Assembly: GCA_037144095.1 (NCBI GenBank)
Contig: JBAWXL010000001.1
Coordinates: forward strand, 1-51,032
Origin: Bacteroidota bacterium
GTDB lineage: Bacteria; Bacteroidota; Bacteroidia; Bacteroidales; CAIXTV01
Length of the DNA: 51,032 nucleotides
Direction of reading: 5' to 3'
Under the pieces are notes generated by a model, which worked only from the letters and a program-made list of their open reading frames with translations, did no database searches and was not told the origin of the DNA. The position numbers and the translations under genes are program-made. Positions 1-9,997 of this stretch are shown piece after piece (position 1 is the first letter of the stretch; the number at the start of each line of letters is the position of its first letter).

Positions 1-1905
1 CACCGACCGCAGGTAGGGGAACAGCGGTCCGGTTTTGGGCAATTGCTTCAAGGTATCGCTTTTGCTAAGCTCTGCTGCTTTTGCTGTTTGTAGGGCGAAA
101 GGGGTATGCACAGGCTCAAGTGCAAGGGGTTTCTTAAACGAAACATCCTCGAAAAATATTTTATTTCTCTTTCCGGTGTTGAGCAACTGTATGAGTTTAG
201 AATTTCTGAAATTGATATCCTGTTCCTGAACATCATATTGATAATCAGTAATCGGAAAATTGTGAACATAATAACTATAATGAGTTGTCGTATCTACCGA
301 ACTTATCGTGCTGTCGATTTTTGAAAAATAGCGATTATAAATACCAGTACCATTACTTAAAAAACAAATCTCATTGTAGCCAACACTTAAGGGGCGGGTT
401 TCATCTACGTTTGGAGTATTTGTGAGATTGAGCAGAACGTCGTTTTTCTCCGAAAAGCGATACATATAAATATCGTGAAATTTCGACAAGGTTTGCCCAT
501 TATAAGGCTCCGATTTTTTCAAGGTATCATTCGTTCGATTCGACGAAAACACTATGTCTTTTGAATTATTGATAAAACGGGGATTCAAATCATCGTAAAT
601 ATCATTGGTTACAGGGAAAAAAGTGCGGGAAGCCAAATTATAAACCACAATATCGGTTTGTCCTTTCATATCAACCGACATCACAATGTTTTTGGCATCT
701 TGCGAATAGGATAAATCCAACACTTTATCGAAATATTCCATTGTGAATTTTTCCCTCTTGCGGGTTTGAATGTCGTAAAAATACATATACAGTCCCCCCT
801 TTTCTTCGGTCACATACATGATGCCGGTTCCAAAGGGATGCCATGCCAGCACAGGATAGCTGTAATCAATCTTTTCTTCGAGGCTTTGTCCTCTTTTGTA
901 GATTCTCTTCTTTTTAGCCTTTTCAAATTGATAAAGCCATATTTTATGTTTCCCCGACTGATTGGTTGTATAGGCCAACTGTTTGCCATCAGGACTAAGT
1001 TTCAAATTGCTATACACCCATTCGGTATTTTTCCTGGTTTTAAATATCCCCATATTATTCAATGCAGTGGAATCGCCCGCGTAATTCGTGAATCTTTTTG
1101 TGTAGTAGTCAATCCAATCCGAAATTAAAGTCTGAAACGAAATCCCCAATACATACAAAAATCCGCTTTCGATGTTGCGGCTAACTTTGGTCATATACAC
1201 CAGATTGGGGATGGTTTTTTCGCCATAAGTGTCACTAATATATTTCCATAATGAATGACCTGCCAACAGGGCATCTTCACCTGTGAGTTGATTAAACTTT
1301 TTGAATTTGCCGCTTTCGATGGCAATTCTCAACTTATGTTCCAATTCGGTCGACCAACCCTGCGAAACATAAGCCGTAAGCCCATCCACCCACCAATCGG
1401 GGATATTGATGATGGCATTATTTTTTATTTTGGAAGCTATAGTGGCTCCATACACCAACTGATTGATTAATATACGTGTTAAGCCCGCCCTGATTTGTTG
1501 TTCGAAATGCTGTAGTTCGCCATCATAATAAATGAAAACTTTATTTTCGAGAATGTGCGTGATGCCTCCTACATTATATTGTTCGTCGCTCACAAGTCCA
1601 ATGTTGGTTTGCTTTAAATCAGAAAGGGTGTTGAAAACGATGAATTGTATTTTATCTTTTGCTTCAAAATCGAGCAGCGATTCAATCTCTTTCATGTGGT
1701 CGGTGCAGTAGCGTGAGGCAAAAGCGGCCAATTGTTTTCCGCCTGTGTAGAAATAAACATCAAATTTATCGAAGCGATAATAGGTCCAGAAATTATTTTT
1801 ATACTGAACCCTGTTTTTCCCAAACGACATTTGCATGCCATTATAGAACTGGGCATCGGTACGATAAGGCTGTGATAATATCAGCATTAACAAGCCAAAA
1901 TACAT
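1..1905 (-). CDS. PD40/TolB-like beta-propeller repeat protein, N-terminal about 635 aa; the 3' end lies outside the window
   Basis: It is not in the ORF track because it runs off the window edge. My reverse-complement translation from ATG 1905 (alternative GTG 1929) stays open to base 1, starting MYFGLLMLILSQPYRTDAQFYNG. It has PD40-type motifs (LSPDGKQLAYTTNQSGKHKIWLY, KDIVFSSNR). The + strand ORFs at 766-1907 are its antisense shadows. Confidence 0.7.
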   Translation of the reverse strand, partial: MYFGLLMLILSQPYRTDAQFYNGMQMSFGKNRVQYKNNFWTYYRFDKFDVYFYTGGKQLAAFASRYCTDHMKEIESLLDFEAKDKIQFIVFNTLSDLKQTNIGLVSDEQYNVGGITHILENKVFIYYDGELQHFEQQIRAGLTRILINQLVYGATIASKIKNNAIINIPDWWVDGLTAYVSQGWSTELEHKLRIAIESGKFKKFNQLTGEDALLAGHSLWKYISDTYGEKTIPNLVYMTKVSRNIESGFLYVLGISFQTLISDWIDYYTKRFTNYAGDSTALNNMGIFKTRKNTEWVYSNLKLSPDGKQLAYTTNQSGKHKIWLYQFEKAKKKRIYKRGQSLEEKIDYSYPVLAWHPFGTGIMYVTEEKGGLYMYFYDIQTRKREKFTMEYFDKVLDLSYSQDAKNIVMSVDMKGQTDIVVYNLASRTFFPVTNDIYDDLNPRFINNSKDIVFSSNRTNDTLKKSEPYNGQTLSKFHDIYMYRFSEKNDVLLNLTNTPNVDETRPLSVGYNEICFLSNGTGIYNRYFSKIDSTISSVDTTTHYSYYVHNFPITDYQYDVQEQDINFRNSKLIQLLNTGKRNKIFFEDVSFKKPLALEPVHTPFALQTAKAAELSKSDTLKQLPKTGPLFPYLRSV

Positions 1906-2176
1906 AATGTATCTGTAAAAAACTCTCACTTTTTTTGATTGGAAATTGAGTTGTAAAAGTAATACTTTTTAGCGAGATAGAAGTTCAGCAATTCCAAATT
2001 TCAAATTTGCCTTAGAGCCAATGTATTCCAAGACCCAAAGATGGAATACTGAAACAAGATGGACTAGACGGTTCTTAAATGACATTTGAACTTTAAAATG
2101 AGCCTATGGTTGATCTTGTCGAAACCACATTGTAACACCCACTTGCTTCAACAGGCACAGCAACCTCTGTTAAAGT

Positions 2177-2221
2177 ATAATTGCAAATTATCCTCAGTTC
2201 AAAGCCGAATTGCAAAATCGG
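2177..2221. repeat. Dual-hairpin intergenic element, copy 1 (40/45 nt identical to 44998-45042)
   Basis: ATAATTGCAAATTATCCTCAGTTCAAAGCCGAATTGCAAAATCGG lies just 3' of the minus-strand gene that ends at 2240. Confidence 0.6.
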
Positions 2222-2239
2222 TGTAGCTGCGTTTCAATT

Positions 2240-2617
2240 TTATGAAGTTTTAAGTGCCGATTTTTTTAACCACCAATATAATAAATATAAAATGGATGGG
2301 AGAAAGAATATTAAAAGTACAGGGCTATATCTGGCATCCGGATTAGGACTCATTGCAGCAAGAATGTTGAAAACTATAAAGCTAAGCAATGAAATTAGGC
2401 CTCCTATTCCAGGTTTCCATATAGCCAAAATAAGTCCGGCAAGTCCGATACCCCATACTGTAAATGTAAATATGGTATGATTGTCAAGCCCGGGACCGGT
2501 CTTATTACTCCCCTCAATTGCATACCCTATAGCGAATAATAGTACAAATGCAACTATTAATGTTCCTAAAATGATAGCCGTCCAGTGAATGGTGTTGATT
2601 AATTTTGTGTTTTTCAT
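2240..2617 (-). CDS. Small integral membrane protein (about 4 TM helices), paralog A
   Basis: 125-aa ORF with four hydrophobic stretches. It is about 85 percent identical to the 2912..3289 product. Confidence 0.7.
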   Translation of the reverse strand: MKNTKLINTIHWTAIILGTLIVAFVLLFAIGYAIEGSNKTGPGLDNHTIFTFTVWGIGLAGLILAIWKPGIGGLISLLSFIVFNILAAMSPNPDARYSPVLLIFFLPSILYLLYWWLKKSALKTS

Positions 2618-2786
2618 TTTTTTTAATTTTTAAATTTACTTACTCGTAAGGCTTTTCAGTTCCGCCCCGTTTTTATGGTGGTTTCTAGTCTCCACTTTTA
2701 TTTTTTTCTTTTATTAAATTTAATCATGAACTTTTAAAGCATTTCTTCGGTGGTTCTTGTTTCTAATGTTTCTTTTTAATGTTTGA

Positions 2787-2909
2787 TTACAACAAGTACC
2801 TCCCACTATTATCGTGGGCAACGCCCTGATAATTGATAGCTTGGGGGGCTTGTGCAAACAGTGCACTGCTGAATAATAAGACTAAGATTAAGGGGAAAAG
2901 TTTTTTCAT
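2787..2909 (-). pseudogene. 5' remnant (40 codons) of a collagen-like/tail-fibre-like surface protein gene
   Basis: My translation is [40 protein letters not shown]. This matches the signal peptide plus first conserved block of the 3461..5695 and 5717..8794 products, then stops. Confidence 0.65.
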
Positions 2910-2911
2910 TT

Positions 2912-3289
2912 TTATGAATTTTTAATTCCCGATTTCTTTAACCACCAATATAATAAATACAGAATGGATGGAAGTAAGAATATTAAAAGTATAGGGTGAT
3001 ATCTGGCCTCAGGATTAGAACTAATTGCAGGAAGAATGTTAAAAAGGATAAAGCTAAGGAATGAAATTAGGCCTCCTATTCCTGGTTTCCATATAGCCAA
3101 AACAAGTCCGGCAAGTCCAATCCCCCATATTGTAAATGCAAATATGGTATGATTGTCAAGCCCGGGACCGGCCTTATTACTCCCATCAATTGCATACCCT
3201 ATAGCGAATAATAGTACAAATGCAACCATTAATGTTCCAATAATGATTGCAGTCCAGTGAATGGTGTTGATTAATTTTGTGTTTTTCAT
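2912..3289 (-). CDS. Small integral membrane protein (about 4 TM helices), paralog B
   Basis: The ORF is 2912..3298. The start equivalent to paralog A (MKNTKLINTIHW) is the Met at 3289. Confidence 0.7.
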   Translation of the reverse strand: MKNTKLINTIHWTAIIIGTLMVAFVLLFAIGYAIDGSNKAGPGLDNHTIFAFTIWGIGLAGLVLAIWKPGIGGLISFLSFILFNILPAISSNPEARYHPILLIFLLPSILYLLYWWLKKSGIKNS

Positions 3290-3460
3290 ATATTTCATTT
3301 TTAATTTGCTTACTCGTTAGGCTTTTCAGTTCCGCTCTGTTTTTATGGTGGTTTCTGGTCTCCACCATTATTTTAGTTTATATTAAATTGTATGAACGAT
3401 AGAAATATTTCTTAGTTGGAGCTCATGTCTGATTGCTTTCGCTTTCTTAAACTTGAATTC

Positions 3461-5695
3461 CTACTTTGTATATTGAGCAGTCATTGAACAATTTATAAAC
3501 ATATCATTTGCATCCTGCCCTGCATTCATTTCACCATTCAGGTAATATGTATAGGTGCCGGCAGACACTGCAAATGTCCTATGCACGTATATGGAATTAT
3601 ATACATAACCGGCAGCCCAACCATTGGGTATAACATAATGTGCCTGGTCCCAACTATTTCCGCTATCTGTAGTAGTGGTTCCAATCACTAAGAGTAAACC
3701 ATCATTGCTTGTATTGGCATGATTTATTCCCACCTGAACACTTGCCTCAACCGTTATTACGCCAGCCATAGGTGCCGTTATGGTGATCGTACCGCCTGGA
3801 TAATTAGCCCACGAACTTGTAATGGTGGTATTTCCGGTCGAATGACTTGACACAGTCCCCACAGGAAATGGCTGCCAGGAGGCGTTTCCGCTTCCATCCG
3901 AAGTAAGCAGGTTTCCGCTAATGGCTCCATTGGTCACTTGCAAGCTCGTAGTTTTTATTTTTCCATTAGCTTCTATCGCATTTCCTGTGCCATTGGTGGT
4001 TACATATAAGGCATTGGCCGAGTTTGATGGGTTGTTAATCTCAAAATGCCCTGCCTTGCCGATGCCATTAGTGATACCAAATAAGGAAGTGCCAAAGTTG
4101 GCTGGATTATCTATATAAAAATATCCTGCACTACCGTAGGCTCTGGTATAAGAGACTAAAGCCGAGTTATTGCTGGATCCAGTAGTACAAAAATATCCTG
4201 CTCTGCCATTTCCATTGGTAGTAGCAGATATAACATCTCCCGAACTGACTACATTGTTTATCTGAAAAACTCCATCCGAGCCCATACCGGAGGTTGTGAC
4301 CTGAATAGCAGGGTTGAGGTTTGAAAAATTTGACAGATTAAAACTACCGGCCTTTCCATTATTACCCGAGTTTTCCACAGAAAGTGCATCAGTTCCATCT
4401 GTGATGTCAGCAATATGTAGCTGAGCACTGGGCGTGCTTACTCCCACACCCAGCCTTCCGTTCGTATTATCCCAGAAAAGATTACTGCTAGATGAAAGAG
4501 ATGAAGTGCCATTCCAAAAAGCAATTCTTGTTGCTGTGCCGCTGCCGGTAATTCCTGCTGTGGGTGCTGTCCAGCTTGCATTTCCGACGGCATCGGAAGT
4601 GAGTATATAATTAGCTGTTGCACCATTTGTCATTTGCAGGTTAGTAGTTTTGGTGGTACCGTTTACCTCTAAAGTAGTAGTTGGGGCCGAAACGCCAATA
4701 CCCACATTAGCATTGTTGCCAAGCACCAACGAATTGCTTGCGCTCACGACAGCATGAGCACCAATAGCAGTAGCATTATTCAAATTATCAGCGGCTACAT
4801 CTGCTCCGAAACCTATAGCCGTATTGTTTGTCCCATTATTATTATAAAGGGCTCCATAACCCAATGCTGTATTCTGATAGCCTGAGCTGTTTAGACGCAG
4901 GGCAAAAGTACCCACAGCCGTATTATTTTGCCCGCCATTATTGCCCAATAGAGCACCTGAACCAAACGCTGTGTTCTGATAACCTGTTGTTGTAGCGGCA
5001 CCACTGAATAATCCGAAGTAAGTATTGTTAGAAGCATCAATCTTTCCGGCCTGTGTATTATTCATCTTAAAGGTAATCGGAACATTATCGGTGGTACCGA
5101 TAAAATTTGTACCGCTAAGCGTACCGGCGTTTCCGCTAAGACTCCAGGCATTCAAAGCCCCATCAGCACCCGTAACACCCTGTATCCCTTGTGCCCCTGT
5201 CGAACCCGTAATGCCATTACTTCCTGCCAAACCCTGTGCCCCAGTGGCTCCGGTAATACCTTGAATCCCCTGAGCTCCTGTGGATCCCGCAGTTCCGCTC
5301 TGCTCCGCATATAAGGCATAAGGAACCGAAACAAACTGATTTGTACTAATCAATTGAAAATTGTTGCCTCCCGTAGGATCAATTTCTACTTTTAAATAAT
5401 AACTATTAGCACTCCAGTTTATTGAACTGAAAGTGCCTGAAACTACACTACCTTGACCAATTTGTAATGAAATCAAACCAAACCCATCTGTTGTTTTGGC
5501 ATGAGTTTCCACATATACGGCAGTTCCGCTTGGGCTGCTGTTAAGTATGCTCAGTTTTAATTTTACTGCCTGGCTGGCAAGTACATTCCCACTATTATCG
5601 CGGGCAACACCCTGATAATTGATTGCCTGTGGGGCTTGGGCAAATATTGCACTGCCGATTAATAAGGTTAAGAAAAAGGCAAAGAGCTTTTTCAT
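3461..5695 (-). CDS. Secreted collagen-like (GXY repeat) / tail-fibre-like repeat protein with a C-terminal globular beta domain
   Basis: 744-aa ORF with signal peptide MKKLFAFFLTLLIGSAIFAQA. It has a GXY tract ([43 protein letters not shown]) and repeated NTA[IVL]G..AL motifs. Its N-terminus is paralogous to the 5717..8794 product. Confidence 0.85.
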   Translation of the reverse strand: MKKLFAFFLTLLIGSAIFAQAPQAINYQGVARDNSGNVLASQAVKLKLSILNSSPSGTAVYVETHAKTTDGFGLISLQIGQGSVVSGTFSSINWSANSYYLKVEIDPTGGNNFQLISTNQFVSVPYALYAEQSGTAGSTGAQGIQGITGATGAQGLAGSNGITGSTGAQGIQGVTGADGALNAWSLSGNAGTLSGTNFIGTTDNVPITFKMNNTQAGKIDASNNTYFGLFSGAATTTGYQNTAFGSGALLGNNGGQNNTAVGTFALRLNSSGYQNTALGYGALYNNNGTNNTAIGFGADVAADNLNNATAIGAHAVVSASNSLVLGNNANVGIGVSAPTTTLEVNGTTKTTNLQMTNGATANYILTSDAVGNASWTAPTAGITGSGTATRIAFWNGTSSLSSSSNLFWDNTNGRLGVGVSTPSAQLHIADITDGTDALSVENSGNNGKAGSFNLSNFSNLNPAIQVTTSGMGSDGVFQINNVVSSGDVISATTNGNGRAGYFCTTGSSNNSALVSYTRAYGSAGYFYIDNPANFGTSLFGITNGIGKAGHFEINNPSNSANALYVTTNGTGNAIEANGKIKTTSLQVTNGAISGNLLTSDGSGNASWQPFPVGTVSSHSTGNTTITSSWANYPGGTITITAPMAGVITVEASVQVGINHANTSNDGLLLVIGTTTTDSGNSWDQAHYVIPNGWAAGYVYNSIYVHRTFAVSAGTYTYYLNGEMNAGQDANDMFINCSMTAQYTK

Positions 5696-5716
5696 GATTT
5701 AATTTATAGTTTATTA

Positions 5717-8700
5717 TTACCACGAAATTATAATAACACCATCGCCATTTCTACCTTCCCCATCAGTTGCTAATACAGTTGTTAAACCTCCAATATAATC
5801 ACTGCCAGCTCCGCCACCTCCAATGTATCCGGCCCCGCCACCATAATAACCACCACCACCACCACGACCACCAATAAAAGTAGATCCTCCTAATCCAAAT
5901 GTACCTGAAGTTGAACTGCCTCCTGTAGCTCCAGCACCCCCTGCTGAACTTATTCCTGCTCCTCCAATATGAGTTAAGTCACCGTCTAAACCATGATAAG
6001 AACCATAAGCACTAGCTGTTTGAGAATTAGGAGTTCCTCCCCTTTCATTATCATTTGGTATAAATAAATTAAAATCATATTGAATATCCAAACCAGCACC
6101 ACCGCCTCCAGCTGCAACAGCTAACCTGTTTGTTAAAGCTGTCCCTCCAAATCTGATATCAGACGCTCCACCTCCACCTCCATCACCATTTCCACCTCCA
6201 TTAAAACCAGCCTTGTTATGTTGATTTCCTGCACCACCAATATAAAGATAATAAACCTGCCCAGGTATAACAGAAATTGTTCCTTTTACTCTTGATCCAA
6301 AACCTCCATAACTTCTGTATGCTGGTCCAAAATAATTATCTCCTCCTTTAGCACCATATAAATCAACTGTTATAGATGTTACTCCAAGTGGAACAGTAAA
6401 AGTTTGAACACCTCCGGTATAATTAAATACTATAGGAGGATTAGGTGCCGAAACCAATTGCTTCCATTTTGTTCCGTCATATAAATATAAATTTTTATCA
6501 TCAGTATCAAAAATCATTAATCCTGCCGGTGGTGATATTATTGCCATTGCTTGTGCAGAAGTCATTCGTGGTGGTAAAAATCCTTTTGTCGTAGAAGAAA
6601 CATCTAATGCTGCAGAAGCATCTGGGTTTATAGTTCCTATCCCAACATTTCCAGAAACGATCAAACCATTAGTTGGTGCAGTATTTACCCCTGCATAAGT
6701 TCCAATAGCAGCAGAACCATTTATATCCAGCTTACTATGTGGGGTTGATGTCCCTATTCCAACTCTACCTGTTCCTGTTATTCTCATTCTTTCATCAATA
6801 GTTATCGCTTCATTGGCAGCATGAATATTCTGGCTCGATGTACCAAAAATAAGTCCTCCAATACTTTGATCAGTACTAATAAAAGTAGGATAGCCAAAAT
6901 GTCCCATTGCTTTTGCTCCCCCATTCCAATAGCTGTTAAAATAAATACCTGGATCGTCTGAAATGATAGAAACCCCTTTTGAAACACTATCTTTACTAAA
7001 ATAGGCTACCGTATTTCCAACAGAACCCTGCACCTGTAAAGGTGCAAGAAGTGGTGAAGAAGTCCCTATACCTACATTTGCTCTGTTGCCTAACACCAGA
7101 CTATTATTTGAGCTTACAATAGCATTGGCACCAATAGCTGTTGCATTGGTTAAATTACTTGAGCCTACATTTGCATCACTTCCTATTATTGTATTAAAAG
7201 TTCCTGTCGGATTAGTATTCCCTGATTGATAGCCAAAATAAGTATTGCTCGAATTGGCATCAATTATTCCGGCTTGTTGATTGTTTACTTTAAAGATTAA
7301 AGGTACATTGTCGGTTGTGCCAATAAAATTTGAGTCTGGATTCGTAGCAGCATTTCCCTTTATACTCCATGAATTTAGCCCCCAAGATGCATCTTGCCAA
7401 CTTGCTACACCATTAGGGTCTGATGTAAGCACTTTATTTGCTCCCTGCGACCCATCTTTAATACTTAAGGTCCCCCGGATATCCAAAGTAGCTGAAGGGC
7501 TTGTTGTCCCAATTCCAATCTGACCCGTCTCAAAATCTCCATAAATTAAGGGAGAGCGCCCAATGTACAGTTTATTAGAACGTTGTTCATATAACCCGGC
7601 TTGAGATCCAATAAAAACATTACCCGAACTGTTGGTGAACCCATCTTCATTATTACCTCCCATACCTGCTTCATAACCGATGAATACATTTTCTGAACCT
7701 GTGTTGTTTCCTCCTGCTCTTGTTCCGATGGCAGTATTAAAACTTCCAGAATCACTAAAAGCTAACACTTGTGTTCCAATTGCCACATTTTCGTGTCCTG
7801 TTGTGTTAATTTCAAGTGCCAAAACTCCAATAGTAGTATTATTATACCCTTCTGTATTACGATTTAATGATACAGCTCCTAACGCAATATTATTATAGCC
7901 TGAAGTATTCATACCCAGACTATTATTTCCAATAGCTAAATTATAATAACCAGAGTTTATAGCTAAATTATATTGACCAAAAGAGATATTATCAGTACCT
8001 GTATTATAGGCTAAAGAAGATAAACCAAATCCAATATTCCTATTAATGGGATCAATAATTCCACTTGGCTGATTATTTACTCTAAAGTTAAGAGGAGAAT
8101 TATCAGTTGTACCAATAAAATTAGAAGCATCTGTGCCTGAATTTCCTGTCAGTCCCCAGGCATTTAAAGCTCCATCTGCTCCTGTGGCACCTGTCGCTCC
8201 TATTTCCCCTGCCAATCCTTCTGCACCCGTTGCCCCAACTTCTCCTTGAATGCCTTGGGCCCCTGTTGCCCCAACTTCTCCTTGCATGCCTTGTACACCA
8301 GTAGCACCCACATCTCCCTGAATGCCTTGCAAACCTCTGATTCCCGTAGCTCCTGTGGCACCTGTAGCGCCAGTAGTTCCTCCTGTCCCACTCGTTTCAG
8401 CATATAAAGCATAAGGGACAGAAGCAAATGGACCGAAACTTACCCATTGATAATTTGATCCTCCACTTGGATCCATTTCAACTTCTAAATAACAAGCTTG
8501 TATGCCCCAATTTATACTGGCAAAATTCCCTTGTAGAACAGTTCCTTGTCCTATTTTTAATGAAAACAAACCAAAACTATCGGTGGTTTTTGTTTGGGTT
8601 TCAACATACAATTTGGTATTACCTAAAATTCCCCCGGTTACGGTTAATTTTAGCGAAATGGTTTGATTTGATAGTACATTCCCACTATTATCGCGGGCAA

Positions 8701-8794
8701 CGCCCTGATAATTGATGGCTTGAGGGGCTTGTGCAAACAAGCCATAGCTGAACAATAAAGATAAGACAAGAGTAAACAACTTTTTCATGAGCAT
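5717..8794 (-). CDS. Secreted collagen-like / tail-fibre-like repeat protein ending in a glycine-rich (GlyR-like) module
   Basis: 1025-aa ORF. The likely start is the Met at 8788 ([21 protein letters not shown]). It has a long GXY tract ([37 protein letters not shown]...). The C-terminal module runs [29 protein letters not shown] ... [11 protein letters not shown] ... GDGVIIISW. It lies 21 bp upstream of the next gene, so the two are likely an operon. Confidence 0.85.
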   Translation of the reverse strand: MLMKKLFTLVLSLLFSYGLFAQAPQAINYQGVARDNSGNVLSNQTISLKLTVTGGILGNTKLYVETQTKTTDSFGLFSLKIGQGTVLQGNFASINWGIQACYLEVEMDPSGGSNYQWVSFGPFASVPYALYAETSGTGGTTGATGATGATGIRGLQGIQGDVGATGVQGMQGEVGATGAQGIQGEVGATGAEGLAGEIGATGATGADGALNAWGLTGNSGTDASNFIGTTDNSPLNFRVNNQPSGIIDPINRNIGFGLSSLAYNTGTDNISFGQYNLAINSGYYNLAIGNNSLGMNTSGYNNIALGAVSLNRNTEGYNNTTIGVLALEINTTGHENVAIGTQVLAFSDSGSFNTAIGTRAGGNNTGSENVFIGYEAGMGGNNEDGFTNSSGNVFIGSQAGLYEQRSNKLYIGRSPLIYGDFETGQIGIGTTSPSATLDIRGTLSIKDGSQGANKVLTSDPNGVASWQDASWGLNSWSIKGNAATNPDSNFIGTTDNVPLIFKVNNQQAGIIDANSSNTYFGYQSGNTNPTGTFNTIIGSDANVGSSNLTNATAIGANAIVSSNNSLVLGNRANVGIGTSSPLLAPLQVQGSVGNTVAYFSKDSVSKGVSIISDDPGIYFNSYWNGGAKAMGHFGYPTFISTDQSIGGLIFGTSSQNIHAANEAITIDERMRITGTGRVGIGTSTPHSKLDINGSAAIGTYAGVNTAPTNGLIVSGNVGIGTINPDASAALDVSSTTKGFLPPRMTSAQAMAIISPPAGLMIFDTDDKNLYLYDGTKWKQLVSAPNPPIVFNYTGGVQTFTVPLGVTSITVDLYGAKGGDNYFGPAYRSYGGFGSRVKGTISVIPGQVYYLYIGGAGNQHNKAGFNGGGNGDGGGGGASDIRFGGTALTNRLAVAAGGGGAGLDIQYDFNLFIPNDNERGGTPNSQTASAYGSYHGLDGDLTHIGGAGISSAGGAGATGGSSTSGTFGLGGSTFIGGRGGGGGYYGGGAGYIGGGGAGSDYIGGLTTVLATDGEGRNGDGVIIISW

Positions 8795-8904
8795 TTAATT
8801 TTAATGGTTTAAGATTTTGGATTAATGAAAACCTATTTCCCTCACATCAAATTACTCATCTAAACATAAAAATTTAATGCTTTTGACGATTTAGGTTCAC
8901 GCAG

Positions 8905-8935
8905 CAAAAATATAACAAGCTAAAGCAAAAAGCAA
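8905..8935 (-). promoter_or_regulatory. Bacteroidota-type promoter for the collagen-like gene pair
   Basis: On the minus strand the sequence reads TTG-N20-TATTTTTG (a TAnnTTTG -7 box at 8905-8912), about 110 nt upstream of the ATG. Confidence 0.45.
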
Positions 8936-9324
8936 TACTTATTAACAATTATACTGATAACAATACATGATGTATTTACAATAAATATTTTCTCATAACA
9001 TTGTATTTCAATACCTATAATTATTTTTTGTAATCAAAGCCCCGTATGTTAATAATTCTTAATTTGAAATTAAATTAACAATTATCATCCTTGTAAATAT
9101 CTCAATGAAAGTTAAGCGTAGCGTCTCGCTACGCTTTCACCAACAGCCATCCTGCCTAATTTCAAAATCACAAATATCATATTAATCAAATAAATCACAG
9201 TTCAGACAACCCCCCAAAGCATAATAAATATTCATTCCAACCCTAAAAATCAGCCAATTTCAACCAAAATAAAACATTAACCAAAGATTAACATATGGAA
9301 TGATGCTATATCGGAAAAAATATA

Positions 9325-9332
9325 TACTTTTG
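9325..9332 (+). promoter_or_regulatory. Candidate -7 box (TACTTTTG) driving transcription into the 21-bp array and the gene at 9998
   Basis: It matches TAnnTTTG exactly. No clear -33 TTG is present. Confidence 0.35.
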
Positions 9333-9517
9333 CAGGCACATGATACGAACATCACATTAAAAAATTTAAAGCCATGTTTAATAAAACAGCCACTTCCTTC
9401 CCCTCTCTTCAACCCACACATGGCTGTGCTTTCAATTCTATAAATCCCTGCTCCACTACCCCCAATCAAACTCTTCCTTTCATTCCTCATTTTTCCCCCT
9501 TTTCTTTTCTGGATAAC

Positions 9518-9838
9518 ATCGTCCATTCACTTGCTAATTCCGTCAATAATCTTTTTTCTTCCGGCAGTCGTCTTGCTGAGTCCGTCAACTCACTTACTGA
9601 ATCCGTCAGTCGACATTTTAAATCCGTCGCTCAACATTTCAATTCCGGCAGTCGTCTTTTTTCTTCCGTCATTTCACTTTTTGAATTCGTCACTCATCTT
9701 TTCGATTCAGAAAGTCGTCTTTCTTATTTCGTCAATTCACTTGCTGAATCTTTCACTCATCTTTTCGATTCCGTCACTCATCCCTATGACTTCGTCACTC
9801 AACTTTATGACTCCGTCACTCATCTTTTTTATTCAATT
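9518..9838. repeat. Tandem array A: 15 units of exactly 21 bp (consensus TCCGTCACTCATCTTTTCGAT)
   Basis: The TCCGTC-like unit starts fall at 9518 + 21n without a single indel. Two + strand frames stay open across it (track ORFs 9374..9925 and 9531..9962). Confidence 0.9.
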
Positions 9839-9997
9839 CCTCTGCATCCTAATGCTGACAAGGCTTTCCGAAGTATTTCAAATTGGTCATCTTCTCACAA
9901 TAAGGAGTTTTCTTTCACTAACTAAAAATATAAAGCAATCAATTATAAAATATAATTACTAGAATATCAATCAATTAATCATTTAAATTTAATTATC

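Noticed and set aside
766-1907. The + strand ORFs 766..1128, 1255..1470 and 1659..1907.
   Set aside because: They are antisense to a continuous minus-strand reading frame (1..1905) with clear PD40-repeat protein features. That frame is missing from the track only because it runs off the window.
9112-9134. The strong hairpin AAGCGTAGCG-TCT-CGCTACGCTT as a terminator or small RNA.
   Set aside because: Neither side has a U-run, and it sits between two divergent promoters with no gene ending nearby. It is recorded as a palindrome only, since function cannot be supported from sequence.
9518-9838. A CRISPR array, suggested by the regular short direct repeats.
   Set aside because: The units abut each other with no unique spacers, are only 21 bp long, and are degenerate rather than near-identical. 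No cas genes are in the window. The same reasoning applies to 22692-23045 and 46489-46761.
9374-9962. Track ORFs 9374..9925 and 9531..9962 as genes, including a tempting heptad-repeat protein (SVxxLFx).
   Set aside because: The two frames are open for the same repeat-driven reason. Substitutions between units hit all three codon positions about equally. The hypothesis is kept as a minority option in the array A finding, not annotated as a CDS.
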